In this document: positions 57,619 to 64,000 of the stretch, piece by piece
How positions within the stretch are numbered: position 1 is the stretch's first letter
Layout: each line of letters opens with the position of its first letter
From: an uncultured Victivallales bacterium
GTDB lineage: Bacteria; Verrucomicrobiota; Lentisphaeria; Victivallales; UBA1829
NCBI GenBank assembly: GCA_934644965.1
Contig: CAKUDG010000001.1
Location: 32,500-96,499 of the forward strand
Direction of reading: 5' to 3'
DNA: 64,000 bases
Notes under the pieces: generated by a model
The model's database searches: none
Told to the model about the DNA's origin: nothing
The model's input: only the letters and a program-made list of their open reading frames with translations
Translations under genes and position numbers: made by a program

Positions 57619-59448
57619 CTACTGAGAGAGGGGCAGGACAAGATGAAATCCGCTTCCCCCTCCAGGTTCCGAATGCAGCGACACCGTCCCGCGGTGATAG
57701 ATCGCGATCTGTCTGACAATGGCCAGACCAATGCCGCTCCCGCTCCCTTTCCGTTTCCCGGAGGGAACTCGGTAGAAGCGATTGAAAATCCGGGCCTGGT
57801 GCTCGGGAGCGATTCCGCAGCCGTCGTCTTCGACGCAGAAATCAATTTTCTCCCCGTCACGGACGGCGGAAACCGTGATATTCTTCGCTCCGCTGTGAAG
57901 AATCGCGTTGGAAATCAGGTTGTTCAGAGCCTGCTGAAGCAGAAGGGCGTCTCCTGAGAACTCGACGGAATCGCAGCGCCCGATCCGGAGTTCCATCTTG
58001 GCATTCTGCGCGGCATGGCGGGAAACTTCCACGGTACTGCGCAGAACTGCGGAACTCTGCAGAGGGAGGAAACTGTCTTCGGAACTCATCCGGCTCATGG
58101 TTTCGAGGGAAGTCAGGGTCAGGAAGTTCTGCAGAAGAGTATGGAGCCGTTCGGACTGGAGGGTCAGAGTTTCGATGCAGCGCGCCCGGTAATCGGAGTT
58201 GTCCAGCGCGCCGTTATGAATGGCGTCGACGGCTCCGATGATGCCGGTGAGCGGAGTTTTCATTTCGTGGGAAATGGCGGCGATGAAATCGCTCCGGTAG
58301 GATTCCAGTTTCCGGATGTCCGAAAGATCGGTTGCGGAGATCAGGTAATAGCGGCCGTTTTCCCGGGTGAAGGAAACGGTGTGGACCAGAAGCTGAAATG
58401 TCTGTTCCCCCCGCCGGAAGGTGATTTCGCCGGAGCCGGAGGCGTGTTCCTCCGCCTGCCGGATGAAATCGCGCAGTTCCTCCGGACAGACGGGAAATGA
58501 AGAATCTGAAGAATCTGAAGAATCCGGAGAATCCGGAGAATCCGCGTTCTCCGGAAAAGAAGCGCTGTGTTTCTTCCCTGAACAGACGCCGAAAAAGAGA
58601 AGTTCCGCAGTGCGGTTCCACTGGCGTACACGGTAAGTTGCGTCCACAAGAAGAACGGCTTCGGTCAGGGCGTTGAGGATGGCTTCGCGCTCATGGGCTC
58701 CGTCGCGAAGGGAAAGGATCTGTTTTTTCAGCTGTTCGGTCAGGGACTGAAGACAAAGCGCCGTTTCACGGATCAGCCCTTTTTTCGGCACGTAGACCGG
58801 ATATTCCAGCTCCCCCGACGCAATCTTGGACATGCTTGCAAAAAGACTGTTCAACGGCGCATAAATCCGGCAGGTGAAATACATGACCAGAACCAGCGCC
58901 GCAAGGATTCCCAGAAAACTCAGTCCGAGAATGCCCAGACGGGTCTGACGCATCAGCATCGTCATGCCGGAGCATCTGGAGGCCATCACCAGAACATAGT
59001 CCTGCCCCCTCGCCTGGAAACGGACCGAATGATACACCATGAACGCCCCCAGACTCCGATCGAATTTGATCAGCACGTTTTCCTCATGATTCGCCTTGAA
59101 CATATCCCTGATCTCCGGTTCGCTGATATGTTCGGCGAGATAAGCGGGGACTCCCTGTGTCTGAAGAACCACGCCTCTGCCGGGAGCGATGATTTTGACA
59201 ATCATCGGATTGGGCCCGTGACTGCCGCTGGAAAGCATTTTCTGCATCTTGTCGAGCTGATCCGATTCCAGAAGATCCCGGAACAGACGCACCAGGTAAA
59301 AATTATTCCGTTTCGTCTCCTCTTCGAGTTCACGCGAATAGGCCTTCTGAAAGTTCGTGAACTGTATCACCAGCAGCAGAATCGAAAGAAAAAGTATGCC
59401 GCCGATGACGGACAGGACAAAAAGAAGAACCGTGTCCTGACGCTTCAT
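57619..59448 (-). CDS. Sensor histidine kinase (TM-HAMP-PAS-HisKA-HATPase)
   Basis: H-box 'FIAAISHEMKTPLTGIIG', N-box 'LNNLISNAILHS' and G-box 'GSGSGIGLAIV'. Confidence 0.85.
   Translation of the reverse strand: MKRQDTVLLFVLSVIGGILFLSILLLVIQFTNFQKAYSRELEEETKRNNFYLVRLFRDLLESDQLDKMQKMLSSGSHGPNPMIVKIIAPGRGVVLQTQGVPAYLAEHISEPEIRDMFKANHEENVLIKFDRSLGAFMVYHSVRFQARGQDYVLVMASRCSGMTMLMRQTRLGILGLSFLGILAALVLVMYFTCRIYAPLNSLFASMSKIASGELEYPVYVPKKGLIRETALCLQSLTEQLKKQILSLRDGAHEREAILNALTEAVLLVDATYRVRQWNRTAELLFFGVCSGKKHSASFPENADSPDSPDSSDSSDSSFPVCPEELRDFIRQAEEHASGSGEITFRRGEQTFQLLVHTVSFTRENGRYYLISATDLSDIRKLESYRSDFIAAISHEMKTPLTGIIGAVDAIHNGALDNSDYRARCIETLTLQSERLHTLLQNFLTLTSLETMSRMSSEDSFLPLQSSAVLRSTVEVSRHAAQNAKMELRIGRCDSVEFSGDALLLQQALNNLISNAILHSGAKNITVSAVRDGEKIDFCVEDDGCGIAPEHQARIFNRFYRVPSGKRKGSGSGIGLAIVRQIAIYHRGTVSLHSEPGGGSGFHLVLPLSQ
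58499..58543. repeat. In-frame 9-bp tandem repeat x5 inside the histidine kinase gene
   Basis: GAAGAATCT x2, GAAGAATCC, GGAGAATCC x2. On the minus strand it encodes 'SPDSPDSSDSSDSS'. Confidence 0.9.
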
Positions 59449-59452
59449 GGAT

Positions 59453-60151
59453 TCATTCCCCGGAAATCCGATAGCCTACGCCACGGATGGTTTCAATGTG
59501 ATCGGACCAGTCGCCGAGTTTCTTGCGGAGATTGACCATGTGCATGTCGATGGCACGGGCGGTCACGGAATAATTGTCGCCCTTCACTTCGCGGATGATC
59601 TGGTTCCGGGTGAAGACACGCCCGGGATTCGCGGCAAGAAGGGCGAGTGTTTTGAATTCGTCGGCGGTCAGCATGAGATTTTGTCCGCCCAGAGTCGCAT
59701 GATAGGTCAGGAGATCCATGGACAGGGCGCCGAGAAGAATGATGCCCGGAGAATCCTCAGAACTTTTCATCCGGGAATCCTTCTTCCGGAGCTGAACAGC
59801 GATCCGGGCGGCAAGAACTTTGCTGCTGTAGGGTTTGACTATGTAATCGTCCGCACCCATTTCCAGTCCGAGGACAACGTCGTTTTCCTCGCCTTTGGCC
59901 GTCAGCATGATGATCGGGATCCCGGAGAGTGCGGGGGTGTTCTTCAGATTCCGGCAGACCGTCAGACCATCGATATCGGGAAGCATGATGTCGAGGAGGA
60001 TCAGGTCCGGAATCAGGCGGGCGGCCATGGCCAGGCCCTCCTTCCCGTCAGACGCGCAGTAGACTTGCTGGAATCCGTTCATATTCAGATTCATTTTCGT
60101 CATGTCGCAAATGGAGGCGTCGTCTTCGATCATCAGAATTTTCGGGTTCAT
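59453..60151 (-). CDS. OmpR-family response regulator
   Basis: Receiver 'ILMIEDD...DLILLDIMLPDIDG' and a winged-helix output 'RVFTRNQI...VTARAIDMHMVNLRKKL..IETIRGVGY'. Confidence 0.9.
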   Translation of the reverse strand: MNPKILMIEDDASICDMTKMNLNMNGFQQVYCASDGKEGLAMAARLIPDLILLDIMLPDIDGLTVCRNLKNTPALSGIPIIMLTAKGEENDVVLGLEMGADDYIVKPYSSKVLAARIAVQLRKKDSRMKSSEDSPGIILLGALSMDLLTYHATLGGQNLMLTADEFKTLALLAANPGRVFTRNQIIREVKGDNYSVTARAIDMHMVNLRKKLGDWSDHIETIRGVGYRISGE

Positions 60152-60286
60152 GGCACGGCCTTTTTCCTGTCTGTCTTTCTTTCCCCCTTCTTCCTCATCT
60201 TTCTATTCTCCTCATTTCATTTTCTCCGCCTCCCGTTTTCTCCCGGTGTGCTTCGCGGAAGCGACGAAGGAGAGGGAGAAAAAGAA

Positions 60287-61153
60287 TCACGGATTCATAT
60301 ACGGAGTATACACATATCCATCTGTCCGGGAACGCGTAATCTTCCCGACTCCCGGAAACGGCAGATGCATTCCCGCAACGGGCTTGGCAGAACGCTCGCT
60401 CAGGTCATAGAAACGCCGACGGGCGGAAACGGCCTTTTCCGGATCCATGTCATACGTCGCGGAGATTTCCGGGCGGGCAAACTGTACGGCGGCGGCGTGA
60501 AGAAGATCTCCCAGGATCAGAAACGAATCGCTTTCATAGACGGTATGTCCGGGCGTATGCCCGGAAGCGTCCAGCGCCCTGATGCCGGGAAGGGGCTCCT
60601 CTCCGAAACGGAATGTTATCACGCGGCCGTCATAGGCCTTGAGGACAGTTCTTGCGCGGTCTCCGCCCGCGGAAGCGGGCGCGTTGTTCTGCCAGTATTC
60701 CTGCTCCGGAGCGGACACGTACAGTTTCGCCGCGGGGAAGAAGGCTTTCCCTTCCGAGTCGATCAATCCGCCGATATGGTCTCCATGCATGTGAGTCAGG
60801 AGAACTGCACTGATCTTTTCCGGAGCTATTCCCGCACGTTTCAATTCCTTCTCCATGGATCCGCGTCCGCTTCCGTAACCCGCATCCACCAGGACAGTCT
60901 GCCCGTCCCCACGCTTCAGAAGAAACACATTCACCGAGGCAGGCGCCTGGCGGCCTCCGGCAAGACGGACAAATTCTTTTTCCGGAAGAGCGGGAAACAG
61001 TTCTCTGCGCATCGTGGAAGACGCATCCTGCAACGCTGTCAGAGTCCATTCCCCGAAACGGAATTCCCGCATTTTCTTTTCATCCTTTTCCGTTCCCATG
61101 CCGGAATGAACGATCGACAGCATGGCAAGACCTGTCAACAGCCATTTCTTCAT
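60287..61153 (-). CDS. Secreted MBL-fold metallo-hydrolase
   Basis: 'THMHGDHIGG' (HxHxDH) and 'ASGHTPGH'. A signal peptide follows the start 'MKKWLLTGLAMLSIV'. Confidence 0.8.
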   Translation of the reverse strand: MKKWLLTGLAMLSIVHSGMGTEKDEKKMREFRFGEWTLTALQDASSTMRRELFPALPEKEFVRLAGGRQAPASVNVFLLKRGDGQTVLVDAGYGSGRGSMEKELKRAGIAPEKISAVLLTHMHGDHIGGLIDSEGKAFFPAAKLYVSAPEQEYWQNNAPASAGGDRARTVLKAYDGRVITFRFGEEPLPGIRALDASGHTPGHTVYESDSFLILGDLLHAAAVQFARPEISATYDMDPEKAVSARRRFYDLSERSAKPVAGMHLPFPGVGKITRSRTDGYVYTPYMNP

Positions 61154-61566
61154 AAGGCAGCTCCTTCTTCTTCGTCGTCTGATGTTGAACCGTTCCCCGG
61201 GAAAAGGTGTCCGCGGCATAGGGCTGTTCCTGCGCGGCGGAGGTCTTTTCCCGGACATCCGGAGAAATCCGGCTTCCGCGTGCGGAATATAACATGAGTG
61301 GAAAAAGAATTCAAATCCCTGTTTTCTCAATACATTTCCTCTGCCGGACACACGGGGAAGGAGCCGGAAGCGGCATCATCACCCGCCGCTCCGGCGCAAA
61401 ACGACGCGGGAAGGAAGGGAAAGGCTCCGGCGCAGGGGAAGATTTCCCGGATTCAGATCTCGCCATGAAATTGTTTTCTTCCGCCGTTTTCGGGATCCAC
61501 AGTTATCCCTCATTTCCGTTGTCCGCGCGGACTGCGGCAGCGAATCCGGCTTCAGGCCCAGACGGA

Positions 61567-62916
61567 TCATGGGGTCATCACGGAAGTCAAGTCCTGCCGT
61601 TCTTCGTAAGACTTGTAGAAAAGGAAGTAGACCGCAAGATAGCCGAGCAGCATCAGCAGCGGGAGGCCTGCCATCGTCAGGCGGATCACCCATTTGCCCT
61701 GATCGGTCAACGGGACGTCCGGAGTATACTTTGCAAGCGAGAGCCCGACTCCGATCAGGAATCCGCTCAGCGCCCCAGCAAGCTTTACCACGAAAGTCTG
61801 TGTGGAAAAGATAATGCTTTCATTGCGTGTTCCGAATTTTTTCTCACCATAGTCCACGCCGTTTGCGAGCAGGACGGTCAGGATCGGCAGCAGCAGCCCC
61901 GTGGAAATGCCGAAAAAGATGCTGGCCAGAGATGTCGTGAGGAAATTGAAATCGGGCAGCAGGAAGATCATCAGGCAGGTCAGCACAGCACACAGGGACG
62001 AGATGCCGATAATCCAGTCCCTCCGGATGAAACGGGCCAGGATCGGATAACAGAAGATCCCGACAATCTGGGAAAAGCTGTAGGCGGAAAGAAACGGCGC
62101 CACCAGTTTTTCATTCCCGATGACATTCTTGAAGAAATACACCCCGACTCCGCCATTGAACTGCAGCATCAGATTGAACAATATGGAAATAAACAGAATG
62201 CTCATCACCTGCTCATTCATGAACAGGACTCTGAGCATCTGTCCGGGGGAAGTCTTTTCCATTTTTTTCCCGGATTCCGCCGCATGTGCCGCCGGCAGCG
62301 CGCAAACCGTGATGCCTGTACAGACGACAAAAAGCACAGCGACAATCAAGGCCACCAGCGCATACCCTTTCGCCGGAGACCCTCCTCCCAGGAATTGGAC
62401 TGCGCCGAGCACAGTTGCCCCGATCACCATCCACGCCGCACTGGCAAAGAGTCTGGGGATGGCCGAGACCTGATCGCGTTCCTCCGGGGTGTTCCCGAGG
62501 TCCGGGATCATGGACCAGTATGGGATGTCCATGATGGTGTAGGTCAGTCCCCAGAGGATGTACGTAATTGTCGCATAAATGACCATGCCCCGCGGGGAAA
62601 GATCAAATTTCAGAAAAAGCGCAATCAGGACAATGGCGTTGAGCACTGTCCCGATCACGAGCCAGGGTTTGAACTTCCCGTATTTTGATCGGGTGTTGTC
62701 CACTACAAGTCCCATGACGGGATCGTTGACGGCGTCAAAAATTCGCGCCGCAAGAAAAATGATCCCGACATGAACCGGATCAATCCTGCAGACATCGGTA
62801 AAGTACACCATGCAGAAAGTTGCCACCAGTCCGTAGACAAGATCCTTCCCGAACGCCCCCATTCCGAACGAAAGTTTCTGCGGCCAGGAAAGTTTCTGAT
62901 CCATACTGTCATCCAC
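61567..62916 (-). CDS. Glycoside-pentoside-hexuronide (GPH):cation symporter family MFS transporter (MelB-like)
   Basis: 'KLSFGMGAFGKDLVYG', 'YFTDV' and 'LAARIFDAVNDPVMG...TRSKYGKFKPW' are the GPH signature. Confidence 0.85.
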   Translation of the reverse strand: MDDSMDQKLSWPQKLSFGMGAFGKDLVYGLVATFCMVYFTDVCRIDPVHVGIIFLAARIFDAVNDPVMGLVVDNTRSKYGKFKPWLVIGTVLNAIVLIALFLKFDLSPRGMVIYATITYILWGLTYTIMDIPYWSMIPDLGNTPEERDQVSAIPRLFASAAWMVIGATVLGAVQFLGGGSPAKGYALVALIVAVLFVVCTGITVCALPAAHAAESGKKMEKTSPGQMLRVLFMNEQVMSILFISILFNLMLQFNGGVGVYFFKNVIGNEKLVAPFLSAYSFSQIVGIFCYPILARFIRRDWIIGISSLCAVLTCLMIFLLPDFNFLTTSLASIFFGISTGLLLPILTVLLANGVDYGEKKFGTRNESIIFSTQTFVVKLAGALSGFLIGVGLSLAKYTPDVPLTDQGKWVIRLTMAGLPLLMLLGYLAVYFLFYKSYEERQDLTSVMTP

Positions 62917-63510
62917 CCTTCAATTTTTATGTGTCATTTTGCTTTCCCGGCGTTTTCCCATGAAACTTTAAACTTCATCCCCTTTCCCGTGATTTGCAAG
63001 ACGGAAGAAAAAACCGATGAAACAATATCGGAGGAAAGAAGGGATCCGTTCTTCCCCGCTCCCGCGGACAGAAAGCCATGGGAATCCTTTTCCTCCGCCA
63101 TGCTCCGATCTCTCATCCGCCCCTCCCCTCTTCTTTCCTTCTTTTCCGGAGAAGCCGCCTCCCTATTCCTTTTCTTTCCCATTCCTCTTTTCCTGACCCT
63201 TCCCGATTTGCCACGGGATTCATATCCGGGGCGGCGTTTGTTTCTTTTGTTTCTCCCATTTCTCCCGAAGAACCGTCGTCTTCCCGGTACTGCGGGAACT
63301 CTGCGAAGGAGGCTGTAGCCCGGGTAAAAGATATTCTCCTCCGAGGCATGCTCACCCCGCAAGACCGCAGGACAGTCCATTCCTCTATTGCATTGGATTG
63401 AAAAGAGTTGATCCCAGAAATGAGATCCTTCACCTTCCATTCACGATGGCAACGCATTCAGCACGGGATCGGAGAAACAGAGGGGACTGCGACAAGAGAG
63501 AATCCCGCTT

Positions 63511-64000
63511 TCACATTCTGATGAGACAGCGTCCTGCAATTTTCCCGGATTTCAGATCCTCCAATGCCGAATTGATCTCCTGAAGCGGATATTCAGCGGA
63601 AATCAGGGAATCGAGCTCCAGAATGCCGGCGCGATACAATTTGATATAGCGGGGAATGTCTTCCTGCGGAAGCGTCTCTCCGCCGAAGGAGCCGGTGATT
63701 GATTTCCCGAAATGAAGGGGAAGAGAATAAATGTGGATATCGTCTCCCTGTCTGGGGACGCCGACAAGCACAACCCTGCCATGGGGCCCGACCGCGGCAT
63801 ATCCGGAGGAGATCACATCCGGGTTGCCAGTGTTGTCAATGAAAACATCCGGATACGGATCGGCGATTTTTCTGATCGCGGCGAAGGCGTCTTCCTTGTC
63901 TGCATTGACAAGATGAGTCGCGCCGAAACGGGCTGCCAGTTCCAGACGGTTGTCAAAAAGATCGACCGCGATCACCGGCCATGCGCCGGCCAGCCTGGCG
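63511..64000 (-). CDS. Zinc-type alcohol dehydrogenase / MDR-family oxidoreductase, C-terminal part (partial, runs off the window)
   Basis: The cofactor-domain pattern is 'IAVDLFDNRLELAARFGATHLVN....DVFIDNTGN....GRVVLVGVP'. The reading frame stays open to position 64000. Confidence 0.7.
   Translation of the reverse strand, partial: ARLAGAWPVIAVDLFDNRLELAARFGATHLVNADKEDAFAAIRKIADPYPDVFIDNTGNPDVISSGYAAVGPHGRVVLVGVPRQGDDIHIYSLPLHFGKSITGSFGGETLPQEDIPRYIKLYRAGILELDSLISAEYPLQEINSALEDLKSGKIAGRCLIRM

Noticed and set aside
59447-62688. Long + strand ORFs (616 aa and 464 aa), opposite the response regulator, the MBL hydrolase and the GPH transporter.
   Set aside because: They span several independent minus-strand genes and intergenic regions, and their composition is low-complexity. 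They are shadow ORFs.
1-64000. A search by eye for tRNA, rRNA, tmRNA, transposase, integrase, phage genes, toxin-antitoxin pairs and known defence systems.
   Set aside because: No T-loop/acceptor-like tRNA signatures, rRNA-like segments or recognisable mobile or defence gene motifs were found. Absence cannot be proven without tRNAscan, Infernal or HMM scans.

Overview
This is a moderately GC-rich, densely coding bacterial chromosomal segment. I can support about 47 protein-coding genes. I saw no rRNA or tRNA, no CRISPR array, and no transposase, integrase or phage genes.

Lineage (inference only): two prepilin-like proteins carry the '[17 protein letters not shown]' N-terminus and H-X9-DG-like C-termini. 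Together with several glycan-active genes and Gfo/Idh/MocA oxidoreductases, this suggests a PVC-superphylum organism (Lentisphaerota-, Verrucomicrobiota- or Planctomycetota-like).

Housekeeping genes: lnt, nadB, a PcnB/CCA-type nucleotidyltransferase, ampG, bioB, hisD-hisC, ispH, trmO, trxB and hrpA.

Accessory genes:
- GH78-like and GH16 hydrolases and a GT39-like membrane glycosyltransferase.
- LacI, GntR and MarR regulators and a GPH symporter.
- An RND efflux pump with an OmpR/HisKA two-component pair.
- A six-gene ABC-2 operon with uncharacterised partner proteins.

The most unusual locus is a MarR-headed seven-gene cluster at about 45.3-53.0 kb; its first six genes are translationally coupled. 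It encodes a ChlG/DGGGPS-like UbiA prenyltransferase, a radical SAM/SPASM enzyme, a DAGK-fold lipid kinase, an AIR-synthase-like protein, an alpha-oxoamine synthase and an extended SDR. I cannot match this gene set to a characterised pathway. It looks like a route to a modified, possibly prenylated, sphingoid-type aminolipid or a signalling metabolite.

Other points of note:
- A G12 homopolymer frameshift splits a Gfo/Idh/MocA gene, and a truncated paralogue lies next to it.
- A DMT transporter has a roughly 64-aa His-rich tail.
- There are perfect-palindrome operator candidates and near-consensus sigma70-type promoters.
- There are two short tandem repeats.

All functional calls come from motif recognition in the supplied translations; no database search was possible. 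Many very long ORFs in the track are antisense shadows of real genes and were rejected.
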